From NCBI GenBank assembly GCA_964106915.2, contig OZ066917.1: 64,000 nucleotides of DNA. One strand, 5' to 3'. The DNA comes from Podarcis gaigeae. Lineage: Eukaryota. Both the position numbers and the translations under genes were made by a program. The notes beneath the pieces are model-generated. The model did no database searches. It saw only the letters and a program-made list of their open reading frames with translations, and was not told the origin of the DNA. Below are positions 34,131 through 47,349 of the stretch, in pieces (within the stretch, counting starts at the first letter, position 1; each line of letters starts with the position of its first letter).

Positions 34131-34962
34131 AGAGTCTATGTGCTGGCCTAGGAGTCCTGATTTAGCTGTTGTCATGCAAAATATCCATATAGGGAAGCAT
34201 AGCTCATTCTAGAAACCTCCAGGTGTTTCAGACTACAAATCAGGCCGAAATGGCATGAAAATGTTAAGGACTGCTGGGAGTTGTTGTCCAAAATACCTGG
34301 GGGAGGTTGGGAAAGGGTTTTATATAGCATCTTCTATAGCTCAGTCATTGTCTTAAGTGTCTGGTTGAAGACTATAGATTGTAATCTTTGTATGCTAAGC
34401 AAGTGCTGCATTAAGGGAATACTTGTCTAAGTCCCATTCATCTAGAAACCTTATTCTCTTTTTTTAGAATACTGAAATTTTGGTAATTCTACATAACACC
34501 TTATCCCTTTCTCTCTTTTGAATGAGTGAAAAAAGAATTTTCCCCCTTGTTCAAGAAAAAGTCATGTAGATGAATGGGTTTTTAATACAATTCGTATAGT
34601 GTTAAAATCATGTCACAGTAGTGGTGACAGGTTTACTAATACCTGTTAAAATCATACATTATATGCAAGCATATTCATGGGCCAGTTCCCCCAGGCTTCC
34701 CTCCCCCCATACCCCAAGTCTGAATCAAAGTTCCAGTTCCTGTGTATATACTTGCAGAATAAGTGGTTCTTCAGCATTCCAGCACATAGCATTTCCAGAA
34801 ATAGTTCCACCCTAAAATTAGTGGGTTACTAACTGGGCATTCCTCATGCAAGAATGTTATGCCAGTTCCACTTGGCTGAAAGCACAAGCTTTTGACTAGC
34901 TCAGTGCGAAAAACAAGTAGAGTAAATCATTCTTCACAAATGATACCTGCATGTGTTTAGCG

Positions 34963-34969
34963 CTCTCTC

Positions 34970-35033
<64 letters not shown>
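34963..35033. repeat. Compound (CT)n(CA)n microsatellite
   Basis: Direct reading. Confidence 0.95.
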
Positions 35034-35879
35034 GTCAAAGATGGAAAATGTGGAATTAATGAATAATAACTGAATAATAACAAAGTCAGATGTCAAATTA
35101 ATAACATCAAAGGCAGCTAGCTGAATAACAAACAACTGATAGCATATGCAGAGAAATGAAAGAAATATGAGTCAGTGCATCCCAATTCAGCTCATGTTTG
35201 TTTATTAAACATTACAAAACCAGTAAGCAGAAAGGAGTGTGAAAGGTGTTACAGATTTACGTTGAGCAAAGCTGCCTGATTCATGAATCACTGGAAAAGT
35301 TATATGAGTGCGCATTTATTTCATAATGAATAGAAAATTGAACCATATGGGGTCCATTCCACTCCATTTTCATTCATTTTGAAATGAATGGCATGAGCAA
35401 CAAATGGATATTCATTTATCATTTGTCCATGAGTGAGGAGACCTACCTTTCTCCAGCCACCATTTTTATGTGCCCAGAATGCCCTTGGCATTACATCATT
35501 CTGGAGAACAAAAATGCTTTGTGTCTCTCCTCCACTGGTAGCTGCCATTTTCACATCTCTCCCATAATGATCCTGAATTACTTCTCCATTCAGATATTAA
35601 GTTCTCAGAGCTTACCAGATCTCTTTTCCTAACTAAGAACCAAATATATTTCGCTTTGTGAGCATTGCAATTGGACAATTAAAAAAAAAAGGATAAATGC
35701 AATCAAATACTTGCAGTGACTCTGAGAAACCTATCACAATCATATGACACCAGATTCCCCATATAATCTGGATTGTAATTTGCACAGTTATAGGCTATCA
35801 ACCTATAAGATTTTGTGCAAGAACCCTCATGATTTTCCCCCTAGAGAAGCAACATACATCACTAGAAGAATCATGAGCT

Positions 35880-36165
35880 TTCCCCAACCAATGTGTACAA
35901 AAACATATATAAGATAAAATGTGCATTTAAGTGCACATATTATGAAAAATGGTATACAAAATGCATTACATTAGGGAAAACCACTTGCAAAATGTGTATA
36001 TTAGTCAAGCTGCATACAAATATATGTTTGTAAGGAGAAATATGTACTAAAATGCTGACGGCTTTTTAGTAAGGTGTTTGCTTTAATGCAAAATGTTGCA
36101 GAAATGCAGAGAAGTGAATATAAGATTGGAAAGACAAGAAACTTGGAGAACTGAAATTGACAACC
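35880..36165 (-). mobile_element. AT-rich squamate DNA-transposon-like repeat fragment
   Basis: Internally repetitive aaaatg(t/c)gtat-like units. Inverted homology to 28731-28925. Confidence 0.55.
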
Positions 36166-36883
36166 TTAAGTGTGCAATGCCAATCTTGCAAATCAACCTT
36201 AAGCCACAATGAGCACAGGGCTGGAAAGATTATATGGCCAACTGCAACTGTAATAGACAAATATAACCTTTTATAAAATACCTTTCGTGGAAGGTTCTTG
36301 GAGAAACCAAATCCAGCAGGTGGCCATAGTTGCACCATTAACTCTACAGCAAACATAAAATGAACCAAATATTAACATGATGTCGCATTTATAATAACTT
36401 GCAATTTTCTGTTAACACCTATAGAGATTAATTAAAATATTTTGGTTCTTTTCCAGAGTCAGCACAGCTGCTACAGAAGAGAACAAGGTGTTGGGTTTTA
36501 AACAGGGTTGCCAACTTTTTTTATTCTTGGCAAGGCTTCTGTGCCTTTAACAGCTTCCTGACAGTGGCCTCCCATTGGAAGTCCAAATCATCTCCTTCCT
36601 GATAGGAGTGGCTAGTTAAAGTATGGGACTGTCAGAACACTTGACATATAAATGAAGTCCTTAAGGGTTTGTCCAAAATAGACCTTTTTTTTTTTTTTAC
36701 ATGGTTAAGTTTTTCTCCTAGGTTAACTCAATTGACCAGCCCATTAAACCCTCTGCATTCAATATTTGCACAACCAGGCATACGCACATCAACCTGATCC
36801 CGGAAGTGACCTGAAAATGTGACAAAAAGGGGCAGGGGTAGAATGGGGTGTCTGGAGGCTTTTTAAATGGTGTTTTGAATGAA

Positions 36884-37362
36884 CAATGGTACCTCAGTTT
36901 TTTAATGTCTCGGAAGTTGAACATTTCGGTTTTTGAATGCCAAAAACCCAGAAGTAACTGCTTCAGTTTTCGAACGCTTTTCGGAAGTCGAACGTGCCAT
37001 GTGGCTTCTGTATTGAGTTTTCTGTAAGTACCGTATTTTTTGCTCTATAAGACTCACTTTTTCCCTCCTAAAAAGTAAGGGGAAATGTGTGTGCATCTTA
37101 AGGAGCGAATGCAGGCTGCACAGCTATCCCAGAAGCCAAAACAGCAAGAGGGATTGCTGCTTTCACTGTGCAGCGATTCCTCTTGCTGTTTTGGCTTCTG
37201 AGATTCAGGATATTTTTTTTCTCGTTTTCCTCCTCCAAAAGCTAGGTGCGTCTTGTGGTCTGGTGCATCCTATAGAGTGAAAAATACGGTAAATACTTCG
37301 GGTTTTGAACGTGTCGAACTGTCTTCGGGAATGGGTTACGTTAGAAAACTGAGGTACCACTG
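36884..37362. mobile_element. Tigger/pogo-like MITE hosting a nested MITE
   Basis: TIRs caatggtacctcagtttt / aaaactgaggtaccactg|TA. Confidence 0.85.
37031..37289. mobile_element. Tc2/mariner-like MITE (259 bp), nested
   Basis: TA|ccgtattttttgctctataaga ... tcctatagagtgaaaaatacgg|TA. Confidence 0.9.
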
Positions 37363-37647
37363 TACATGATTTCATGAATGCGTGTAGCCCTCGTGTAAAA
37401 GGGGAGTTGCCTGTACACAAAGTGCTTCTAGTTGATACTAATCATACTAATCTATAAACATCTATAAAGAACAAAGAGCATCCCTCTAGGAATGTTCTAT
37501 GCTGGTAGTACACCATGTTGGACATTAGACAAAATTAGCTTGACAGACAGTATCCAAAATCTGGAAGATCCTTCAGAAAGGATTTCTGGAACCGTTGAAT
37601 TGCAACTGTGTTGACTAGCTTTGTGCTAGCAATATTTATGAAAGTAA

Positions 37648-38003
37648 AGGTAAAGGGTAAAGGGACCCCTGGCCATTAGGTCCTGTCACGGACAACTCTG
37701 GGGTTGCGGCGCTCATCTCGCTTTACTGGCCGAGGGAGCTGCCATACAGCTTCCGGGTCATGTGGCCAGCATGACTAAGCCACTTCTGGTGAGCCAGAGC
37801 AGCACACGGAAATGCCGTTTACCTTCCCGCCGGAGTGGTACCTATTTATTTACTTGCACTTTGACATGCTTTCGAACTGCTAAGTTGACAGGAGCAGGGG
37901 CCAAGCAACGGGAGCTAACCCAGTTGCAGGCATTCGAACCGCCAACCTTCTGATTGGCAAGCCCTAGGCTCTGTGGTTTAAACCAGAGCGCCACCCACGT
38001 CCC
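37648..38003 (-). mobile_element. Sauria SINE, full length
   Basis: Head agcgccacccacgtccc (reverse) and (aaggta)n tail. TSD atttatgaaagtaa (37634-37647) / atttctgaaagtaa (38007-38020). Confidence 0.95.
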
Positions 38004-38734
38004 TTCATTTCTGAAAGTAACCTTATGCAAATTCAGCTCTGGGATCCAAAACAGTTCACTTCAGACTGAGCCAACCCTGTGTTACTAGAAATTTCACATA
38101 AGATTTTCATTTTTCTTTTTCCTCTGCTTGTGGTTTAATGCATTCTTCTCTGTGGATTTTGTTGTGAGCTGCGCTTACGTTGCATTGTAGCTATGGCTTC
38201 ACCTTAGCTCTCAGGTGCAATGTCATTTGAAATTGAGAGATAAAAAATGACATGGAGCCCTTGTAGTCCATGCTTTTCTTTGAAAGCCCATCTGGCCCTA
38301 ATTTGAGCAATATAAATAGATTTGTACCTTTTGCCTTTCCTGTCACCGCAGAGAGCCTGTGTGACACTTGGCAATATATCCTGGGCCTAAACATAAGCAT
38401 CTATATACTAAACACCATTCACACTTGACAAGAAATTTGTGCTTTGGAACAGAGAGAAGCCATCTTTATATAAATAGGATGTTTGCACTGGGGTTTTTCA
38501 ATCAAAACAAAGTGGCAAATAATTTTCGGAATGTATCTTACCTTTCACAGTAAGCAATGTGCTGTCCTGGATAAATAAAAAAAACCTGTGATGCTTACAT
38601 GCAAGACCTACAGCACAAAAAAAAAAAAAATTAGCAGAGTCTTGAAGATGATTATAGAAGAGCTGGCTGTGTTTTGACAGGGTACGAGTCTCAGTGCCTC
38701 TTTCTGTAGCAGGCTGAAATGTCTTTTCTTTCTT

Positions 38735-39335
38735 CATGCAGACATGGCTATGGTTATTGATACATTTGTGGTGTCTAGGCTGGGTTATATGATGGTATTT
38801 CTGTTGAGATCCTTACAAAACACAACAGCTAATTTCCTGAGAAGAAAATTAACCCTCACCCTGGGTCACCAGGAACACAATTCACTAGACCTTCAGAACT
38901 GCATGACCTTATTGTAGCTCAGTTCAAGGTCATGGCTTAGAAACCCCTAAATGTCTTTATTAGGTCACATCTCAACAGGGATGTAGGGATGTTGCAAGGA
39001 GCCAGATTCATGGTGCAGCATGGGACTCAAGTACCTTATGGATTGACTCTCCCAATATCTACTATCCTAGGCCCCATCACCAACATGGCCTTCTTGATAG
39101 TGTTTCTTCATTTGTGGGATGCCCTCTCTGCTGAGGTCCATCTGCTTCCCTCACTACTGACTTTCTGGAGAATTCTAAAGACAGTCCAGTTTATCCAGGC
39201 TTTTGATGGCCAATCGAAATCAGTAACTATGGGGGTATGTAATTTTTTGTAAATGTTTTCACATGGTTTTAGTTGCTTTAAATACATTTCATTTTAAGTT
39301 GGATTGTTTTAACATTGTTATATTTGCTGCCTGAG
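38735..39335 (+). mobile_element. Degraded L2 LINE 3' fragment
   Basis: Remnants IDTFVVSRLGY (cf. IHAFVTSRLDY) and QFKV, plus MAFLIVFLHLWDALSAEVHLLPSLLTFWRILKTVQFIQAF, the L2 ORF2 end. Confidence 0.7.
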
Positions 39336-39405
39336 TTGAATAACAAGATGGCGCATACACCCATTCCAGGTTCAATTCCAAATACAGTTGAATCTGATGT
39401 CAGCA

Positions 39406-39628
39406 CTGTGGTACCTTGGTTTAAGAACTGAATGATTTATTTTACAAACTCCACAAAACCAGAAATAGTGTCCTGGTTTGCGAACTTTACCCCTGTTAAA
39501 GAACGGAATCCGAAGAGTGGAAGGGCGCCAGTGGCAGGAGGTCTCATTGGGGAAAGTGCGGCTCGTTTTGGTTTTGGTTTAAGAAGGACTTCCGGAACAG
39601 ATTAAGTTCGTAAACCGAGGTACCACTG
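39406..39628. mobile_element. Tigger/pogo-like MITE
   Basis: ctgtggtaccttggttta ... taaaccgaggtaccactg|TA. Confidence 0.8.
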
Positions 39629-39848
39629 TACCGATGATGGGATAGCATCCACCATCATACCTGAGTCCAGTAAGCTATCCTACCAAATGCAGAGCAGACC
39701 ACATGGCACATACACTTCTGTCTCCAACACACTGGCACCACTCCCTCCCTCTAGCGCCTGCCGCTTAAGGCAACTGCCTCCTGATAGGGAGATCCCAAGC
39801 CCTAACTTTGAGCTAAAAAACCCCTTTAACAATGACTATTGGTGCACT

Positions 39849-40195
39849 CTTGAGAGTTCCATGGACTACAAGAAGATCAAACCCATCCATTCTTAAGGAA
39901 ATCAGCCCTGGGTGCTCACTGGAAGGACAGATCCTAAAGTTGAGGCTCCAGTACTTTGGCCACCTCATGAGAAGAGAAGACTCAGACTCCCTGGAAAAGA
40001 CCCTGATGCTGGGAAAGATTGAGGGCACAAGGAGAGGGGGACGACAGAGGACAATATGGTTGGATTGTGTTCACGAAACTACCAGCATGAGTTTGACCAA
40101 ACTGCGGGAGGCAGGGAAGACAGAAGTGCCTGGCGTGCTCTGGTCCATGGGGTCACGAAGAGTCGGATGCGACTAAATGACAAAAAAAAAAAACA
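39849..40195 (+). mobile_element. BovB (RTE) 5'-truncated copy
   Basis: LLRVPWTTRRSNPSILKEISPGCSLEGQILKLRLQYFGHLMRR...LEKTLMLGKIEG. Perfect 11-bp TSD attggtgcact (39838-39848 / 40196-40206). Confidence 0.95.
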
Positions 40196-41834
40196 ATTGG
40201 TGCACTACATTCTGGCATGAAAATCTCGAGAATAGGCATTCTCAATAGTTGCTCTGCATTATGAAAGCTATTTAGCTTGGAAATTTGTGACTGCTGTAGC
40301 CTGAGCATATTTCAGAAGCAATATAAGGTCAGATCTAACCACCACATTTTCCATATGGCGGCATCTTGGGGTGGGTGGATGAAACACCCTCACAGTGGGA
40401 TTCTCCATACGGCTAACGCTACCACATTTAGAGCTGTGCGATTCTTCTGTTGCCAGGAATATGCAGCCCTGATGTGGAAACTCTCCATGCAATTTGAGCC
40501 ACACTTTTCATCAAGGTACTTCAGCCACAGCACTAGCAGGGGATTGACCAGGTGCAGGGAGAGAACACACAATCCCTGGGAGGCCAGAGCACAAAGCTGG
40601 AGGGAAAAAGAAGTGGATTTAAAGTGGTGGGAGGCGCCCACTAAGAACTTGGCTTTGGAGATAATTCTATGGGTAGCCCTGAGATTGAATACAATCTTAA
40701 CCTTGTCTTACGATCCATTCTCATGACCTTCTGCAATTCTCCTGGAACAGCAGTGTCTTAAATTGTTATAGCGTGCATGCCTTTAAAAACAGCCTTGTTA
40801 ATAGTTGCCAAGGTGTTAGAGGAAAATCCCACCAACACCCACCATCATGGTTTGCATTAACAGATACATTTCCCTGCCTTTGCTCCCTTTCCCTCTGTAT
40901 TTCTCCTTCATATACAAGGAGTAGGGAATGTAACATCCTCTTATTCTGAGTCTGGAATCCTTTCTGAAGTGGAAGGGAAAGCAGCTGGAATGGTAACAGG
41001 AACCGAAACATCCATAGAGATTTTATTTCTATGGAATTTCCACTGGGAAATCCCCAATAGCTCCTTGGGACGTTTAGCCTTCAGGGATAGAGGAGATAGA
41101 TGCATCCAAGTAGCATTGGCAAAATTCAATTAATACAAATGGTTCTATATGCAGATCACATTCCTTTTTTTGGGGGGGGGGGATTTAAAATCTTGTAGTA
41201 GTAGCAAAGAGTTTAATTAGTTCCCCAAAGGAACATGGGAACGTTTGTAAAGTAAACCAAAGGATTTTAAAGTTGTTAATAACAGTGGTGCTATTTTTAT
41301 TTTATTTTTTATTTTATTGCATTGATTTATATTCTACCTCTGAGGATATAAATCCTTCCAAAACAGCTTATATATTTTAAAAACACATGGAATTCAACAT
41401 CATGCTAAGACAATCATTCGACCAGCACAAGCAGTCCTGCTTGCCAGATGAAATGTTCTCCCCTTCCCTCCCCCTGCGCACTTTCCTTGGGGTCCTCACA
41501 GCCCTCTAGAACGGATTGGAGGGGCATAGTGGAGCAAAGAAGGGAATGTCCCATTGCAGTAGAGAAGACCTTGCATTGGCTTCCATTAGTTTCCATTAGC
41601 TAGTTGAAACCAGCCCTTAAGGAAGAATTCTTACATACTGAAGTCATCAGGATCCTTCCCATAGAGCAGTTGATAGCCCTGAGGGGCACGGGGAGCTCAA
41701 CTAGAGCAGTCCCTCCCCACTCTCTTTCCTGGACCCATTTCCACAGGATGGTTGAAGGTACAGTACCCTGTTGAAGTAGACAGGGGAAATTGTTCTATAG
41801 ATTCCAGAGTATTCCATATAAAAGCTAAAGAGAC

Positions 41835-41930
41835 CTTACAATACCAGCTCTTATATAATTCCACTGGGCTGCCTGCTTGCCACTGAGATCACTTCAAGGT
41901 TTTGGTTTTGAAATATAAATCCCTAAAAAT
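41835..41930 (+). mobile_element. Short L2 ORF2 remnant
   Basis: ccactgggctgcct...cacttcaaggttttggttttgaaatataaatccctaaa resembles HWLP...FKVLVL.YK.L. Confidence 0.45.
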
Positions 41931-42314
41931 CTCTTAAAATCCTATGCACACTTACCTGTAGGAACATCTCACCAAATTAAATGGAATTTACTTCTAAGTA
42001 ATCATGTCTAGAATTGTGCTCCCCATTATGTTATTTTCCTGTGAACTTAACAATATATGCTATTGGTTTTGAAGGTGAAGGTAATAACATCTGCTGGATT
42101 TGAAGCACTAATGTGTGGCTATCCCATTATCTAGCTGGAGCTGTATATAAAACCAGGATAAAACTCCGCCAAGAAGAATGACATAATCAGAGCTTAGTTG
42201 GGGATAAATACAGATAATTTTTGGCACCAGCAAAATCTACCTTAGCAACCATATTTTACGACAAGGATTTTGTACTAGTGAGAAGAATGGGCCATTTGCA
42301 ATATAGATCTAGTG

Positions 42315-42485
42315 CAGGGGTGCCAACTTGAATAAAATATTGGGGGAGGGGCAAGTAAGCCCCACCCCACAAGACACAGTGCACAGACCCCATTTGAATG
42401 GCAATTCCCATCAACTTTTGAGGGGGCACACCCCTCAAATATTTTAGGGGGGCAAAGGGACCTTGGCTCCTAAGAATTAGTTCCT
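42315..42485 (+). mobile_element. hAT-like MITE
   Basis: Starts caggggtgccaacttgaataaaatattggg. Flanked by the 8-bp direct repeat atctagtg (42307-42314 / 42486-42493). Confidence 0.72.
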
Positions 42486-43295
42486 ATCTAGTGTGTGTGT
42501 TTATGTGAATGAGCCATTTATTACATTTAATGAGGTAATAGAAAAGATGGGCAGTCGTTTCCCTTTCTTTTTTGTTCCATTCAAATTAGAAATTATTTAT
42601 TACCAGGTCATGAACTAACTTTGAAACGTCTTCCTGCTATGAAGCTTTAAAAGAGCCTATTGTCTAAAATGTAGGCAGTTCTACCAGGTGATATAAAATA
42701 TACGCAATTATCGGAGCACTATTTTGAAATGCACTTCACTGAATTATGTGCAGGTTCAGTCCTAAGTATACTTTAAACATGTTACTGAAATAAACTTTCT
42801 ACACAATTTGGTTTCAATATACCTGCCAGCTTAGGGGAGGAAATGAATACCAACAGCCGTGGGAGTTGCTGGAGAATTGCTTGAGAAATCAATCTGTAGA
42901 GGCCCCTTTTTTCCATATATGGGGGAGTTACAAAAAATAATAATATTGGCATACCATTTTCAATATTTTAAAGGATGTAATCTGTTATGAAAACCCATGC
43001 TATTCATTATTTTGTTGGCTTATTCAGAAGAGAGAGTGAGAACAAAACATCAGGTGTTGGTTAGCAATTCATTGCTGACAGTCAGAATCCAATTGGCAAC
43101 ATTGTGAGGGGCGGTGACACCTTTGCTGGGATGAATAGCTGAGAAAAGTGTGACACATTGCTTCAGTGAAGATGTTTGTTCATTTTAGACAATTGGTCTC
43201 CTTTTATTAGAGATGAACCTGAAGAAAATCTCATAGCAAAAAGGGATAGCTATGATTTCATATTCTTTTTGAAGTGAATTTTCATGTGATTTTAA

Positions 43296-43504
43296 CATTT
43301 ATTTATTGCATTTATATCCCACCTTTTTCTTTAAGGAGTTCAAGGTGGCACACATGGTATTCCCTCTCCTCATTTACTCCTCACCGCTGAGAGGCCATGA
43401 CTGGCCCAAGGTTACCCAGTGAGTTTCACGGCTGAATGCAGATTTGAACCTGGTTCTCTGGGTCCTAGTCCAACATTCTAACCACTATACAACACTTGCT
43501 CTCT
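43296..43504 (-). mobile_element. MIR/CORE-derived SINE (Squam3-like)
   Basis: Tail tttatttattgcatttatatccc, CORE gactggcccaaggttacccagtgag, B-box reverse gatttgaacc, A-box reverse ctaaccactatacaacac. Confidence 0.8.
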
Positions 43505-45945
43505 ATTAATAGAGTATTAATACTGTGTGGTCAATATCAATTTTCTATGGTCCTGCTTCTCTTTCAATTACATTGCTTGCCTTTTAAAACTAAATAAGAT
43601 CTTTTTTGGGGGGAAGGGGGGAATACAAAATATTTGGAGGTCAATATTGTGTTGCTGGCGATCATTAACATCACAAGTACTGTCATGTAGTAGTATTTAC
43701 TGAACCATCTTCCAAATGCCAATGGCAGTAGCAATTATAATGCTTGGGAGGAGGAATCATATATTTCCACTAACTATAGATTGTGCTAGGAAAATATGAT
43801 AAGCACACAGAAAAGTGCTGACTGAAAGGAAAATGTCAGAATCCCCAACCAGGCATTCCCTGTACTAAAAGATCGTGTGGGTCACTCTTTTAGGAAATTG
43901 AGATTTCCCACCCACAGTTTAAAGGTGCTTCCCAGTTACTCCTAATTTGTCACTAATTCAAGTGCATAGTGGTAAAATATAATTGCACAATTAAATTGGA
44001 TTTGGTACTCTAACACAACAAACCCACTTCCACACACATGGAGCATTTAGCATCAAGGAATGTGCGGAATAACAATTGTTTCATGTGATCTTGTGTACCC
44101 TCCCTGAAAACAAATCAGAATGAATGCTCAATGAACAGCCAATGTTGTATAACCTCCCAGCAAACTTTGTGCACAGCAGTTAGGCTGAAAGTTCAATAAA
44201 CAGGCCATCTGGAAGTGACCTAAGTCCTCCTACATGTGTAACAGTTAGTTAGATCAGTCCTGCTAAAGTTTCAAAGATATGTAAATTATGCCCAAGTGTA
44301 GACTTTGGATCCTTAGAAAACAAATCAGGATGACATTTCCTAAAAGATCAAGGACTGCATTCAAACACGGCCAGCTTTTCAGGGTCCTCTTCATTCAGTG
44401 ATGTTGCAAATGTCTTCCGAGCACCATCTGTTGAGTCTAAAAATGAGCTGTGAGGCTCAGCTAGAACCTGTCAAATGTAAAGCAGCTATTCAGGAGATAC
44501 TGGAAAGCATCAAAGAGCATTTATGAGTCACTGAAGTCTATCACAGCTTGAAGAAATGGAACACAACAGAGTTACAAATAATAATGGCCAAGGATTTCAA
44601 TGACATATTGCAATTCTAGTCTCTCTTCTGAGAAGCACTTTACAGTATTTCCTGCCCCCCGCCCCCACACTTCTGGTACTGTCCTACCTGAGCAGAAGAA
44701 ATTTCAAAAAGTGAGTAAGAATCTGTATTCACTGGCATAAAGCAGTAGGGAAGCAAATTAAACAGTTTGCATTAAAGTTGCCAAGAATCACTCAGATGAA
44801 CATGAATTGAACTTTGAACTGAACATGAAGCAAACTGGTACATTTTATACTAGTTTGGACACAAACTACAGTTAGCTCCTTTTTGGATGTGCTGAACTCG
44901 AACTATCAATATTACTTCATGTTGTGTTAAGTTTTAAATGGTGAGAAAGAACTTTATGCCGACATACTGCTCCAAATCCCATCAGCACAATACTCCTGCT
45001 ATTTCCCGAGTTAGCAGGGTTCCAAATTGTGTTTTTCCCCCCTAGAAGCAATTAACACAGAAATGAGTGCTAAACTTCTACTAGACTTCCAGAAGTGACT
45101 TTTACATCATGTAAAAGATCACATAGAATGCAAAAATGAACAGGCAAGGGAACATCTTGAAATCAGACTAAAGTGCAATCAAAATGGTGCATAAGAGAAA
45201 CTTTGAATGCCAGCTCTCCTTCCTAATAAATCAGTGATTCAAAAAGACACCTAATTTCACTTTTGATCAATCCAGACATTCATTGCTTTTTGGTTACTCC
45301 GAATTATGAAACATCTGCAATCACTGAAGAATGAGCCACTATCATTTGTTTTGCTATAAAAACCAATTGATTAATTACTGTTTCTTGTGCAACATGCATG
45401 TCCTCATTGTCGTTAAATCCTTTTGCAAAGATATCAAAGCACAGGTGTCCTTTTTTATTCTTTTACACAATTATTCCACACTAGGCAAACACTGAGGGGG
45501 TGGGGAATACCATAATGTTTCGTTTAAAAGTCTGATCTGAAGCCAGTTAGAAGATGTAACTGCAACTCACAAGCCTACTATTGCCTGAACTCAGAAACCT
45601 CACTCAGAATCACCAAGAATTCTGTCTATTCAAGAGAAAGGAAGGCAGCAATACCTTAAGATACACTCAGAATCAGTCTGTGGAGCTAATCATGACAGTT
45701 CAAACCTCAGATGAAGAGAAGAATAAATGTCCTGTTGATTGAGAAGATAGGTAGCTAGGGTTGCTTTTAAGAACTAAAGATACAACTCCTTTAAGGAGAT
45801 AAGAGCAATTTATATAGCTGCAACAGCTGAATGTTATCAACCAATGTTGTCATTTTGTACATCTCTTTTCCATATGAATGTGCTGGAAGCAGCCCATGAT
45901 AGAACAAACAAGAACAGGATGGCAGTACATATCAAAGCATAACAA

Positions 45946-46112
45946 GTTGTTTATTGCATTTGTATCCCATCCTTCCTGCAGGAGCCCAAGGTGGGACTGT
46001 AATCCTATACACACTTATGCAATCCACTCAGAACTAAGCCCTACTGAATTCATTGTGGCTTACTCCCAGCTTAGTGGAATGAGAACTGGTATCTTACCTG
46101 GGAGTAAGTACC
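45946..46112. mobile_element. SINE/L2-type tail followed by two nested palindromic MITEs
   Basis: The outer gactgtaatcctatacacactta|...|cctgggagtaag is split by inner copy 46018-46093 with tta on both sides. Confidence 0.65.
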
Positions 46113-46829
46113 TTAAATTTAATGTGACAATTTTTAAAAAAGACATCCCAATGGATAAATAATAAAACTAGAAAAAAGCTAGCAACTAAGAAACAGAGCT
46201 TTCCTTGAAGATAAAAGAGAGAGGGTGTTTGAGGACATCTTTTTTTTAAAAGGTAGCCATTTTTAGTTTTGATGGTGCATAGTGAATTATTCACAACCTC
46301 TGATTTCCAGTTACTAATATTTTATATTTGCTTTATTGATTTGTCTTATAAATAATAAACTGTGTAATCTTGTTAAAAAGCAGCGTGAACCTTAAATCTG
46401 TGACATAAACCTTGATTTACAACTTTCATGTTTTGAAGGCAATCCTCTATGATGAAAAAGTTCCTATGTGAGGAAACAGTAGGATCAGATTTTTTATTTT
46501 ATCTTTTGCTATACTATATTATGTGCTGCTAAATAAATCATGCATGTATTATTAGTGTTTTACTGTCTTTCTTCATAAAGTCAAAACAAATCAGGTGTTT
46601 AGCAATCCTCTTTGTTGGCAAATCATTTGTGGTGAAGCAATCCTTTATGTTAGTGGAGAGAAGTTAATGAGTGGAGAAAAGTAGAGAAAATATACCAGTT
46701 TATATTTAATTTGAGGAAATACAGAATACTGGTATGTTTAGAATTTCCTATTGGGTGACTACTTTGAAACTGGAGCTGTGGGGGAAAAAAGAAATTTGTT
46801 GTCTCTGCTATCTCCATGAACACTTTGGG

Positions 46830-47247
46830 CTCTAGGGCATAGGGAGCAGCAGGAGTGGTGGTCTAGGAGACTGAGGCAGGGAAGGCCCACAGCCCAGCCC
46901 ACTAGCTGGCCAGGTGGATATCGTGAGCTCTGGGAGGAGGGGTGCGATTCTTCAGCTGGAGGAGGTTGGAACTGGTGAGGGTCACATGCCTCATCAAGTC
47001 CAGAAACTAAGGGAAGCAGAGCTGAAATGCTGTGTTTCCTGAACTGCCCATGTTGATGGACCTTGGCTTGGCTGCTCTTGGACCTCTATGGGACTGTGCT
47101 TCAGGTTTGACTCTGGACTGTATCCTAACCGACCTTGGACTGCATTTCCTGATCTTTGGACTTTGCTTGTGTGGCTTCACCCTCGGACTTTGAACTTGGG
47201 ACTTGACATACTGACTTGTTGCCAGGTAGGCCATGGGTTCAGAACAC
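46830..47247 (+). mobile_element. Possible degraded LTR
   Basis: G-rich 5' part followed by many (ct)tggact units, ending cagaaca. No TSD found. Confidence 0.4.
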
Positions 47248-47349
47248 ATAGCTGCCCCTCCCTGATACTGATTTTCATGGTGTTGCCACACTTGCCTGGG
47301 GCTAAGACACACACTGGGGAACCTGTGTTTCCTTGTGGAGTTGTAGTCA

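Noticed and set aside
40277-40726. 149-aa ORF
   Set aside because: Non-ATG start, no recognisable homology and no convincing splice sites.
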